NCBI GenBank assembly: GCA_964455675.1
Contig: CAYVYK010000003.1
Span: forward strand, 1 to 64,000
DNA: 64,000 nucleotides
Direction: 5' to 3'
DNA from: an uncultured Methanosarcinales archaeon
GTDB lineage: Archaea > Nanobdellota > Nanobdellia > Woesearchaeales > CAYVYK01
Shown in pieces: positions 40,110-49,141 of the stretch. Made by a program: the position numbers and the translations under genes. A model generated the notes under the pieces. That model searched no databases, was not told the DNA's origin, and saw only the letters and a program-made list of their open reading frames with translations. Every line of letters starts with the position of its first letter. The stretch's first letter is position 1.

Positions 40110-42413
40110 ACCCACCACAACAAAGAATGATAATGCAGCGAGAGCCTTTTCCCATACAAAGTGACGGTAGACCAGCTCAATCTTACCACTACCCTCTGAA
40201 CGAATCAACACAGTCTTCATGTCTGACTGGTATACTGGGATCTCGATTCCTTCTTGATAGGCATGCCACCGAGGAAAGTATGCTTCATTCACCGATACCC
40301 AGTCCCCAGCGAAGATCTCACCTTTTATTATTAGCGACTCATCACTAAACCTTTCTATATTCAGACGCCGCAGAGGTGGGATTCTCTCAATCTCCTCCTG
40401 ACTATTCACTACTACCGCCGCTGTATTGAGCGGTATACCATTTGCGGCACCACTTAAGTCAAAATAGTCCATACCAAGTGACGTCCGCACCGGAGTAACC
40501 ACTTCCGCATCCGACGCGGCCATGTTACGAATGAGGAAAAAACACTCGTCACGAAAAACTGGTTTCCATATCACTCCAAGACTTGAATCCTTGTAACGCT
40601 CGAACCGTCCCTCAATCTTCAAGACTTCTTTTGCACTTTTTTCATGACAATAAAAAAATAATACATGATCAATCCCAAACACTTCATAGAGGTTGTGAAC
40701 ATATATCATCGAACGATTTTGAGGCAATAATCCGAGACTCTCATCATACCGTACCTTATCTATAATGTCGAGCGATTGTCCCTGATGGAGAACCTGATCA
40801 ACCGTGGAAATACCATATGCCGTCTCAAAAAGATGGGAGGGCCTCGGAATGCCGTATTGCACAAATCGTCCCCCCTTATTTTTGTATTCTACGCGATCTG
40901 GAAACTGTTTATGGACAGACTCCACAATCCACGTATGCCGAAATTCTTGAAGCGCTACGACGGTACTTCCTACAAGCAAGAGAAAAGCCGATCCCACCAA
41001 AACCCACCTTAGCCATTTCTTTCGAATGCGGAGAAGAAAACCAGAGAGCGGAAACACCGCAAGCATAACAGGTCGCTGCCAGACAACATCAAGAATGGAT
41101 CGAAGACCTAAGAGGTATGTGAGTGCACAGGCACCATATACCAACACAATGGAAAGAGAGAGTCCTGCCAAGAAGGGGTTAAATTTGCCTTGAGTGAGGC
41201 GAAAAACCACAACCAGACACCCCCCAATCACCGCGATCGAAAACAGCGAAACATACCCGAATGGCGACGTACTAATCAAGAACAATTTGAGAAGATACAA
41301 CGGTAGATTACTGTTCACCATACCAAAGTTTGACGGCGTTGTGTACTGCAGGAATACCGAAAAGGGGATCCATCGAACAGCTGTCACTACCACTTCTAGG
41401 ATTACGAAAAGCACAATGTACCCTAAGAACTTGTTATCGATTTGATCCCTGAATCGCATGATACTCGTGCAACCAAGCATGATGAGTAACGCGGTCAAGG
41501 CGTAGAGAGGGTGGTGAAACGATCTCAATGTGATGAGAATCGCGATGGGAAAAAGATACCAGCGCTCTTTTATCGATCGATAAAAAAAGATCAGCATCAG
41601 CGGTATCGACGCAGTAGCCATTACCGGCCGAAAGTTACCATAGGCAACAAGCTTGAAGAACGGAGCTCCCGTCCATAAAAGTGCTGTGGAAAAAGCTGAC
41701 TCTATCGCAGAAAAACCCAGTGTCCGACAGAACAGATAAGCAGTACTCACGAGAATCAATAGATTGAGAATTGTTAATGAGTTACCAATCAGGACAAGAG
41801 GCACTTTAGGGAGTAATAATCTCATTATACCAATGTCAAAGTAAGTTAAAAATCCTTCAAACGTAAACCGAGCATACCCTCCAGCGACTCCAGATGTCCA
41901 AGAAAAGATATCCCCATACCCAAGGATGTTACTCGCGACGTCCTGACCCATCCACAACTCACGGTAAGTATCAAGAGTCGAGACAACATCGCCAGAAAAA
42001 AGCGGGTGCAAGAATGCCAAGGAGATTATCAGTACGGCCGAAAGTGAGAGAGAATCCTGCAATGAAATTCTTAGTTTAGTGAATTCGCGACATTGAATTC
42101 CAAGGTTCTTGTAAAAGAAAACTCCGATTAGTACCGGGAGGCCGCACTCCAATGCAAGAACAACTCCCAATGGAACTGGTGAACCCAAATAATCAATGAA
42201 GAACAGAATCACATGAGGCATACTACTTAAAAGAAATGCCAGAGGAACCCTGTATACCATAGGCAAACGTTCAATCGGAGAAAGAAGCAATAGACCAATG
42301 CAGAGCTTTATGAGGAGTACTATTGCCAGAACTGGCTGAACTATGAAACATGCCACCACGATCAATATAACCACAATGGGCCCTATCCACCCATCCCCTC
42401 TCGTCGTGCTCAT
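40080..42413 (-). CDS. Large polytopic membrane protein (YfhO/GT-C-like)
   Basis: Many TMs; C-terminal VNEAYFPRWHAY domain followed by a final TM. Confidence 0.65.
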   Translation of the reverse strand: MSTTRGDGWIGPIVVILIVVACFIVQPVLAIVLLIKLCIGLLLLSPIERLPMVYRVPLAFLLSSMPHVILFFIDYLGSPVPLGVVLALECGLPVLIGVFFYKNLGIQCREFTKLRISLQDSLSLSAVLIISLAFLHPLFSGDVVSTLDTYRELWMGQDVASNILGYGDIFSWTSGVAGGYARFTFEGFLTYFDIGIMRLLLPKVPLVLIGNSLTILNLLILVSTAYLFCRTLGFSAIESAFSTALLWTGAPFFKLVAYGNFRPVMATASIPLMLIFFYRSIKERWYLFPIAILITLRSFHHPLYALTALLIMLGCTSIMRFRDQIDNKFLGYIVLFVILEVVVTAVRWIPFSVFLQYTTPSNFGMVNSNLPLYLLKLFLISTSPFGYVSLFSIAVIGGCLVVVFRLTQGKFNPFLAGLSLSIVLVYGACALTYLLGLRSILDVVWQRPVMLAVFPLSGFLLRIRKKWLRWVLVGSAFLLLVGSTVVALQEFRHTWIVESVHKQFPDRVEYKNKGGRFVQYGIPRPSHLFETAYGISTVDQVLHQGQSLDIIDKVRYDESLGLLPQNRSMIYVHNLYEVFGIDHVLFFYCHEKSAKEVLKIEGRFERYKDSSLGVIWKPVFRDECFFLIRNMAASDAEVVTPVRTSLGMDYFDLSGAANGIPLNTAAVVVNSQEEIERIPPLRRLNIERFSDESLIIKGEIFAGDWVSVNEAYFPRWHAYQEGIEIPVYQSDMKTVLIRSEGSGKIELVYRHFVWEKALAALSFFVVVGLCFAWHRFS

Positions 42414-42477
42414 GGAAGTACCACTGGCAGAATGTTAGTACCCAATCGTATTTAAATATCCCCCCTGCTCCATCACC

Positions 42478-42681
42478 ATGATGCCAACAGTTACCATTAT
42501 CCATGAAGGGAAAACGCGTTCCCTACGGTGCAAGGCCACCATACTTCAGGGTCTCCTAAGGGAAATCTCTCTTAACCCTGAAGAAATCATCATTGAAAAA
42601 AACGGGGAATACACTGTCCTTGAAGACACGCTACAGAGCGGCGACATCATCAGGATCATCACGTTTTCCTCGCAGGGATAA
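42478..42681 (+). CDS. ThiS/MoaD/SAMP ubiquitin-like sulfur carrier
   Basis: 67 aa beta-grasp pattern (LNPEEIIIEKNG...GDII.I), ends SQG, upstream of NcsA/TtuA. Confidence 0.85.
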   Translation: MMPTVTIIHEGKTRSLRCKATILQGLLREISLNPEEIIIEKNGEYTVLEDTLQSGDIIRIITFSSQG

Positions 42682-42686
42682 ACGAC

Positions 42687-43745
42687 ATGATACCATGCAA
42701 AAAATGCGGAGGGCGAGCGGTGGCGAATGTGCAGCACGGAGTTCTCTGCGAAAAGTGCTTTCTTTCCTATTTCGAGGACAAGGTCTTTCGCACCATCCGC
42801 GAGTACAATCTCATCGTGCCAGGTGACATGGTATGCGTTGCCGCATCAGGAGGAAAGGACTCGACAACAGCACTCTATCTCATCAACAAGTTTGCCCATG
42901 CGAGATCCTCCAAGATCAAAGTGTATGCAGTTGCAGTCGACGAAGGCATCAAGGGTTACCGTGCCAAGACCATCAAACCACTAACATCATTCTGCAAGGA
43001 GCATGGAATTCCACTTACCGTACTCTCATTTCAGGAATCACTCGGGAAGACACTCGATGAGATCAAACCATACGTGATGAAAAAAGGGGAACATGTCAAA
43101 GCGTGCACGACGTGCGGAGTGTATCGTAGGTATCTTCTGAACAAATACGCGCGCGACAGTGGAGCAACAAAAATCGCAACAGGACACAACCTCGATGATG
43201 AGTGTCAAGCGTTCCTCATGAACATTTTCAAGACAACAACAAACATCCTTGCGAACGGAGGACCAATCACTGGAGCTCAACAGTCCGCCGGATTCATTCC
43301 GCGAATCAAACCGATGTACTTTTGTGCTGAAAAGGAATCCCGGCTCTACTCACTCATCAAAAAATTCCCCATTGCGGAAGGCAGATGCCCATACGCACAG
43401 GCAGGATACCGCACACAGATTCGGCGGATGCTCAACGAATTTGAAATGCACCACCCCGGAACGAAGAGCTCGATCGCGCGCTCATACCTCTCCATGCTGC
43501 CCATACTCAAAGAGCGCGCACGATCTCTTGGTGCTCGACGCATCAACAGGTGCGCAACATGCGGTGAACCTTGCGCCCGAGAAACCTGCCAAGTGTGCGC
43601 CTTACTGTCGAGTGTGCGGGGATCTAATCAAGTACCTTTAGCAAATCCCAAAAGTCGTACCCGGCAACAGCGAGATACAGCAGTACGAGCACAACGTCCA
43701 AAAGATAAAACCTCCCCATCAAGAGCACGGTCAAGACCTCGGTAA
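42687..43745 (+). CDS. tRNA 2-thiolation protein (NcsA/TtuA/Ncs6 family)
   Basis: N- and C-terminal Zn fingers, SGGKDS PP-loop, CTTCGVYRR, TGHNLDDE. Confidence 0.92.
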   Translation: MIPCKKCGGRAVANVQHGVLCEKCFLSYFEDKVFRTIREYNLIVPGDMVCVAASGGKDSTTALYLINKFAHARSSKIKVYAVAVDEGIKGYRAKTIKPLTSFCKEHGIPLTVLSFQESLGKTLDEIKPYVMKKGEHVKACTTCGVYRRYLLNKYARDSGATKIATGHNLDDECQAFLMNIFKTTTNILANGGPITGAQQSAGFIPRIKPMYFCAEKESRLYSLIKKFPIAEGRCPYAQAGYRTQIRRMLNEFEMHHPGTKSSIARSYLSMLPILKERARSLGARRINRCATCGEPCARETCQVCALLSSVRGSNQVPLANPKSRTRQQRDTAVRAQRPKDKTSPSRARSRPR

Positions 43746-44031
43746 ACGCGAGCGAGACGCCTATCACAAGCATTGAGATACCTGTTGTGATGTGAGCAAG
43801 GTAGCGCTCAAGCGGCCGCTTCAGCTCAATCTTCTCATATGTAAATGCGAAGTTCCCAAAGCACGCTGTGACGGCGATGATAGATGTCACGACGATGATG
43901 CTGCCTGCAGCATCCATATCATGTACGAGATTGCTCGACAAAACATATTTCTCAATAGGCAGATACGACGCCACCAGCAGAATTGCGACCGTCAGGTTCT
44001 TCAAGATATTCTCTTTGATGATGAGATGCAT
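43624..44031 (-). CDS. Hypothetical 4-TM membrane protein
   Basis: Hydrophobic helices; TATA-like element upstream. Confidence 0.65.
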   Translation of the reverse strand: MHLIIKENILKNLTVAILLVASYLPIEKYVLSSNLVHDMDAAGSIIVVTSIIAVTACFGNFAFTYEKIELKRPLERYLAHITTGISMLVIGVSLAFTEVLTVLLMGRFYLLDVVLVLLYLAVAGYDFWDLLKVLD

Positions 44032-44137
44032 TGGAATTGATTCTTCTACCCTTATTCATCAGCTATATAAAGCTTTTATTATCTTATTATTATAAAAAAT
44101 GCGGTACGCGCACTCTCTACCTTCGATAATAAAAAAA

Positions 44138-44289
44138 TGGGGTCGCCGCGATTCGAACGCGGATCCGCTGGTCTCTTCCTTGAAGCGAAAGCCTCAACAG
44201 ACCATAGCATCAGTCATCGCCACAGCATTCTGTGGCTCAGCGCTCCATTACTGGAGCCAGCTATTCTAGCCAGGTTATACTACGACCCC
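44138..44289 (-). tRNA. tRNA-Trp(CCA) with 78-nt intron at 37/38
   Basis: GGGGTCG/CGACCCC acceptor, GCTGG/CCAGC anticodon stem, TTCGAAT T-loop; T-run terminator downstream. Confidence 0.95.
44173..44250 (-). ncRNA. Intron-encoded box C/D guide RNA predicted to target tRNA-Trp C34 and C39
   Basis: Guides TGGAGC-G-CTGA and TGGTCT-G-TTGA; the +5 rule lands on positions 34 and 39. Confidence 0.8.
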
Positions 44290-44358
44290 GCGCGAATATG
44301 ATACTTCCCGGACGATTTATAAAGGTTTTTGTCCATGTCGTCGTATTCACGGCGATCT

Positions 44359-44706
44359 TCATGAAACTGTCCAGGATAGTTTCTGACCCAAACGGACCCG
44401 GTATTTCTTTACTGATCCATCCGCCATTTCCAGGATATACATCGCACGATTCTTTGGAGTGTATACAGACCAAGGTCTGAAATGTTCCTTGATCTCAACA
44501 ACCCTTTTTTGCTCATCCAGAAAAATCACATCAATGGGGAAAAACACGAAACACATGTGCAACTGATACATACCTGACTTATTGAAGACAAACAGAAGAT
44601 TCAATGGATTGGAACGGAACATCAACCCGCGTGCCTTTGAGAGCACACCTTTGCACACCAAAAACAGCTCTCTCTTCGAGCCTATACTGACGTGTGTGGA
44701 ATCCAT
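44359..44706 (-). CDS. DUF192 family protein
   Basis: KARGLMF, HMCFVFFPIDVIFLD, YILE. Confidence 0.88.
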   Translation of the reverse strand: MDSTHVSIGSKRELFLVCKGVLSKARGLMFRSNPLNLLFVFNKSGMYQLHMCFVFFPIDVIFLDEQKRVVEIKEHFRPWSVYTPKNRAMYILEMADGSVKKYRVRLGQKLSWTVS

Positions 44707-44750
44707 TATTTGGCAATACATTTATTAATATATAAATCTAGAGTAGCGCT

Positions 44751-45071
44751 ATGAAAGAGATTCTCTTCATGGTATTGGTATTCGTTCTGCTCTGTGCGAG
44801 CTGTGAGAAATCCCCTGAAAGTATTGTACCTGGAGCGACGCAATACCCAGGAACCGAATGCACAACGGCAGATGATTGCACACGAGCGGGTTGCAACGGA
44901 GAGATTTGTGTTGCCAAAACGCAGGCAAGCGAAGTCTTCACTACATGCATGGTACCACCGAACGCGGAATGCCTCGGCCTTACGACCTGCGGCTGCGTGA
45001 ACGGAGGCTGCAGATGGATCGAAACAAGCGAGTTTGTGTCGTGCATGCAAAACCGGAAACCTTTCGAATAG
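44751..45071 (+). CDS. Lipoprotein with eight-cysteine-cluster domain
   Basis: ASC lipobox; C..DDC..GC.GEIC...TTC...C...CGCVNG.C.W. Confidence 0.8.
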   Translation: MKEILFMVLVFVLLCASCEKSPESIVPGATQYPGTECTTADDCTRAGCNGEICVAKTQASEVFTTCMVPPNAECLGLTTCGCVNGGCRWIETSEFVSCMQNRKPFE

Positions 45072-45112
45072 GGTGCACAAAGTATAAATAGGCTCCAGAA
45101 TTACTTTCTACC

Positions 45113-46186
45113 ATGGGATTATTCGACGACATGCTCGGCTCGGGGGAAAGCCTCTTTCGAAACCCCGTCGCACTCGATTATGACTATCTTCCCAAACTGA
45201 TACCTTACCGTGAACTGCAACAGAAGCACGTTGCTAGGTGCATCCAGCCACTCTTTCAGGAAAGGAACGGTAAAAACGTCTTTGTTTATGGAATGCCGGG
45301 AGTTGGAAAGACAGTTGCGATAAGGCACGTCCTCAAGGAGCTCTCGGAGGAGACGGATAGCGTCGTTCCACTCTATGTCAACTGCTGGCAGAAGAACACG
45401 AGCTACAAGATCTACATGGAACTTTGCGAAGCGCTCGACTACCGATTCACACAAAATAAGAAGACGGACGAGCTCTTCAAAGTCATCAAAACAATGCTCA
45501 ATAAAAAGAGCGTCGTGTTCGTTTTTGATGAAATTGACAAGGCCGAAGAGTATGACTTCCTCTACACGATCCTTGAAGAAGTGTACCGCAAGACCGTCAT
45601 CCTCATCACGAACTACCGAAACTGGCTCGATGAGCTTGATGAGCGCATCAGGTCGCGTCTCCTGCCCGAGATTGTGGAGTTTCCCGTATACAACGCAAAA
45701 GAAGTTGAGGGCATCATGCGCCAACGGATGGAGTTCGCATTTGTGCCAAACGTGTGGGATCCGAAGGCATTTACGGCGGTCGTCCAAAAAACAAGCGACG
45801 TGCACGACATGAGGACTGGGATGTACCTCATGAGGGAAGCTGGAGAGCATGCGGAAGGACGAAGCTCTAAAAGGATCGAGATGGATGATAGCGCATATGC
45901 GATCCACAAGCTCGACCAGTACTCCATTAAGAACTCAGCAGAGCTCGATCCCGAAATCCATGAGATCCTTGACATGATCAAAGACAATCCCGCATCAAAA
46001 ATCGGCGACCTCTTCTCGCTCTACCAGAAAAAAGGAGGGAAGAGCTCATACAAGACATTCCAGCGCCGGATCGATAAGCTCGAGACTGGCAAGTTCATAA
46101 CTGTCGAGAAAACGGAAGGCGGATCCGAGGGGAACACATCTATCATCTCCTTGCGGGAACTGCCAAAGAAGCTCACGGATTTCTAA
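45113..46186 (+). CDS. cdc6: Orc1/Cdc6-family AAA+ protein
   Basis: LDYDYLP..IPYRE, GMPGVGKT, YVNC, DEID, RIRSRL, C-terminal winged helix. Confidence 0.88.
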   Translation: MGLFDDMLGSGESLFRNPVALDYDYLPKLIPYRELQQKHVARCIQPLFQERNGKNVFVYGMPGVGKTVAIRHVLKELSEETDSVVPLYVNCWQKNTSYKIYMELCEALDYRFTQNKKTDELFKVIKTMLNKKSVVFVFDEIDKAEEYDFLYTILEEVYRKTVILITNYRNWLDELDERIRSRLLPEIVEFPVYNAKEVEGIMRQRMEFAFVPNVWDPKAFTAVVQKTSDVHDMRTGMYLMREAGEHAEGRSSKRIEMDDSAYAIHKLDQYSIKNSAELDPEIHEILDMIKDNPASKIGDLFSLYQKKGGKSSYKTFQRRIDKLETGKFITVEKTEGGSEGNTSIISLRELPKKLTDF

Positions 46187-46229
46187 TCAGGCGGCTCATC
46201 CAGTTTTCCAAAACCATTCTGTCAAAAGT

Positions 46230-46943
46230 TTACCCAGGCAGTCCAGGCGGCGTAGCAGGATTCACCCTTGGGGAGGCAAGCGCACAGCTGCCACCCACTT
46301 TTACAACCATACCATTACCAAGTACGTCGTCAAAATCGTAACCTTTAAACTGCGTTGTGATCTCAACAGGCATCCAGTTCTGCGCTTCATAATTCCACAT
46401 GTAGATCCTCTGTATAGTGCATGTTCCTTGCACAAGATTCCACGCAAAGTATTCTCCTGCGTTTCCGGATTCTGGATTGTACGAGCCCATAAACATGTCT
46501 GGTGTAATCGTGACAAAATTATATCCCCTCGACAGATGACGGTTCTCGAGCGCGGGATAATCCTCGAGCGTAGAATATCGCATCATACCGGATTTTCCGG
46601 AATACATCCACATAGAACTTGTCAATACTATGTCATCATCTTCCTGCTGCAAAGGCGTGGTCTCAGGATCAGGATGAACACGGATGTACCTATTCTGCAA
46701 CGGTGAGTAATACCACATCGCATCGATATCAGATGGCCTGATTTCGCTATCTGCCAGAATCCCTTCAAGTGGGACTGTGCCTGCAATAATATTCCATCCC
46801 TCCGTCACATAGATCTCGACGGAGTATGGGCCATTACCCTGTCTTTGCATACTATTCCTATTCTTTATTGCGGTGACCGAACTTGCTAACATTAGCACGA
46901 TGGTCAAGAACACAAGCGGCATCAGTTTTTGAACGGTTTTCAT
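46230..46943 (-). CDS. Hypothetical secreted protein
   Basis: Signal peptide; duplicated GWN/GYN beta motif; PPGLP tail. Confidence 0.7.
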   Translation of the reverse strand: MKTVQKLMPLVFLTIVLMLASSVTAIKNRNSMQRQGNGPYSVEIYVTEGWNIIAGTVPLEGILADSEIRPSDIDAMWYYSPLQNRYIRVHPDPETTPLQQEDDDIVLTSSMWMYSGKSGMMRYSTLEDYPALENRHLSRGYNFVTITPDMFMGSYNPESGNAGEYFAWNLVQGTCTIQRIYMWNYEAQNWMPVEITTQFKGYDFDDVLGNGMVVKVGGSCALASPRVNPATPPGLPG

Positions 46944-47078
46944 CTATTCTCCAATACCACCTGATTATATAATACTTTTGTACCCTTTCTATCGTCGTGA
47001 GGCACTGGACAACTGCCCGCCCAGCGTATTTAAAGGGATCTTACTCGTATAGGTCCTGCATTGTCGGAGGTGATCACA

Positions 47079-47174
47079 ATGCCTACAGACTTACAACCCG
47101 CGACGATCAAAGAACTGCTGTTCCAACAGGTACGAAAACTCACAATTCATGGAACATGCAGGACGGCAGCATAA
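47079..47174 (+). CDS. Putative 31-aa small protein MPTDLQPATIKELLFQQVRKLTIHGTCRTAA
   Basis: GGAGGTGATC SD just before ATG; TTTAAA box at ~47029. Confidence 0.5.
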   Translation: MPTDLQPATIKELLFQQVRKLTIHGTCRTAA

Positions 47175-47207
47175 GACATTTAAAGCTGCCTTCTTTTCCT
47201 TCTTTTC

Positions 47208-47777
47208 ATGAACGTCGTCACTAAGGATGAATTTCTGCTGAAGAAATCATATTACTGCAATAAGATCAAGAAAGGAGCAGTGTTCATTTACCCAACGGAT
47301 ACCATCTACGGCATTGGAGGGAATGCGCTTGATGACGACGTAGTGAAGCGCATCCGAACAATTAAGAACCGAACTGAAAGACCCTTCTCAGTCATTGCTC
47401 CATCACGCGCGTGGCTCAATGGTGAGTGCTCCATCACTCCAGGGTATGATGAATGGGTAAAAAAACTTCCTGGACCATACACCCTCATCCTGCCGTCGGG
47501 ATGCCGAGGATTATCCAAGGAAGTCACACGCGGCCTACCAACACTTGGTGTGCGCATCCCAAAGCACTGGTTTAGCAAAGTAGTGGAAGAGCTCGGATTT
47601 CCCATCATCACCACTTCCGCCAATATCACCGGAGAATACTTCATGACGACACTTGATGACATGAATCCCAAGTTATCCGGCCTTGTGGACTTCATCGTGT
47701 ATGAAGGCCCGCTCCCCGGAAAGCCAAGCAAGATCATTGATCTCACCGGGATGAAGCCAAAGGTACTCGAGCGTTGA
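47208..47777 (+). CDS. tsaC: Threonylcarbamoyl-AMP synthase (TsaC/Sua5 YrdC domain)
   Basis: YPTDTIYG, K.R, LPGPYT, GVRIP, TTSAN. Confidence 0.93.
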   Translation: MNVVTKDEFLLKKSYYCNKIKKGAVFIYPTDTIYGIGGNALDDDVVKRIRTIKNRTERPFSVIAPSRAWLNGECSITPGYDEWVKKLPGPYTLILPSGCRGLSKEVTRGLPTLGVRIPKHWFSKVVEELGFPIITTSANITGEYFMTTLDDMNPKLSGLVDFIVYEGPLPGKPSKIIDLTGMKPKVLER

Positions 47778-47820
47778 CTTCTCCGCAACGTATATAAACC
47801 AACCTGCCTTCTTCATATTC

Positions 47821-48423
47821 ATGAAAATCCTTGCAGCAGGAGACATTCACGGCGACTGGAGGCTGGCGGAAAAGCTTGCTGAGCGCGCGCAAAAAGAAAA
47901 AGTTGACTTTGTGGTTCTATGCGGCGACCTCACATTCCAAGAGCAGAGCACAGACAACATCGTCGGACCGTTCGTCAAGAGACACGAGAAAGTGCTCTTG
48001 ATTCCTGGCAATCACGAGACTGTCGCGACAGCCGATTTCCTTGCCCAATTATACGGCGTAAAAAATCTCCATGGCTACTCCGTCAAATACAAGGGGGTTG
48101 GAGTGTTTGGATGCGGCGGCGCAAACATCGGGCTCTTCCAGCTTGGCGAGGAAGAAATATTCGGCCTCCTTAAGAAAGGATTTGAGGATATAAAAAATAT
48201 CGAGAAGAAAATCATGGTTACGCATGTTCACCCCTCCGAAAGCAAGATGGGAAAACTCACCAAATATTTCCCCGGAAGTGAAGGTGTGCGTAAAGCAATC
48301 AGCACATTCAAGCCAGATATCCTGCTGTGCAGCCACGTCCACGAAGCAGAAGGCATTGAAGAAATGATTGGCGGAACACGCGTCATCAATGTTGGAAAGA
48401 ACGGAAAAATCATCGAGCTCTAA
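47821..48423 (+). CDS. Calcineurin-like metallophosphoesterase
   Basis: GDIHG, GD, GNHE, THVHP, HVHE. Confidence 0.92.
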   Translation: MKILAAGDIHGDWRLAEKLAERAQKEKVDFVVLCGDLTFQEQSTDNIVGPFVKRHEKVLLIPGNHETVATADFLAQLYGVKNLHGYSVKYKGVGVFGCGGANIGLFQLGEEEIFGLLKKGFEDIKNIEKKIMVTHVHPSESKMGKLTKYFPGSEGVRKAISTFKPDILLCSHVHEAEGIEEMIGGTRVINVGKNGKIIEL

Positions 48424-48704
48424 ACATTCTCATCGGACTTGGTATTCTCCTCATCCACAAGGGTCATATTCGGTAGCTCTTCTTGCTTGAACGGCTCAGG
48501 CATCCTGCGCTTGATACGAATGGGGATTACACCTGCTTCAAACTCCATCTTCGCTATCTCAACAGGGTTGTACTTGATCTTCTGGAGAGTATCAGCATCA
48601 ACCGTTACCATGAATGGAGCCCCAAGAGAGATCTGCAGTGCCCTAGCTCCAATGAGCCGAGCCTTCTCATACTTCGTGTACTTCTCAACTTCCTTCGTAG
48701 ACAT
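48420..48704 (-). CDS. rpoK: RNA polymerase subunit Rpo6 (K)
   Basis: TKYEKARLIGARALQIS.GAP, IPI.IKR. Confidence 0.96.
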   Translation of the reverse strand: MSTKEVEKYTKYEKARLIGARALQISLGAPFMVTVDADTLQKIKYNPVEIAKMEFEAGVIPIRIKRRMPEPFKQEELPNMTLVDEENTKSDENV

Positions 48705-48820
48705 ACTCACACCGGGCCTGAGGCTACCAATTGAGCACCCTCACGGTTGTATGAGTGAACTACCCCCCCTTTATAAAGGTGTTGGTTAGGTTTATATAAA
48801 TCAGCTTCTCGGAAGGGAGT

Positions 48821-49129
48821 ATGAAGCCTACCTATCTACTCTGTCTATTCCTTCTTGGGATACTCATCACCGGATGCGGTAGCGGCAACGAAAAGCAGGA
48901 TAAGGAAAGTGCAGACGCGGCGAAAAATGGTGCCGGAGCTGATGCGTCAAAAGGCCAGGCGGGAAGCGTTGCCACGTGCTCAGGCGTCACCTGCCCCGAA
49001 GGGAATATCTGCGTCAACAGAAAGCCAGATGGATCCTATACCGTTGTCGGATTTAACACGGAATCTGGAGTTGAGCGATGTTGCATCGGCGGAGTGTGTG
49101 CGGCAGACGCGACGCGTGTCCAGCCCTAG
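48821..49129 (+). CDS. Small Cys-rich lipoprotein
   Basis: ITGC lipobox; six further Cys. Confidence 0.7.
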   Translation: MKPTYLLCLFLLGILITGCGSGNEKQDKESADAAKNGAGADASKGQAGSVATCSGVTCPEGNICVNRKPDGSYTVVGFNTESGVERCCIGGVCAADATRVQP

Positions 49130-49141
49130 GAAATTATCCCT

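Noticed and set aside
45072..45112. Replication origin beside cdc6
   Set aside because: Only ~40 bp intergenic on either side of cdc6 and no repeated ORBs.
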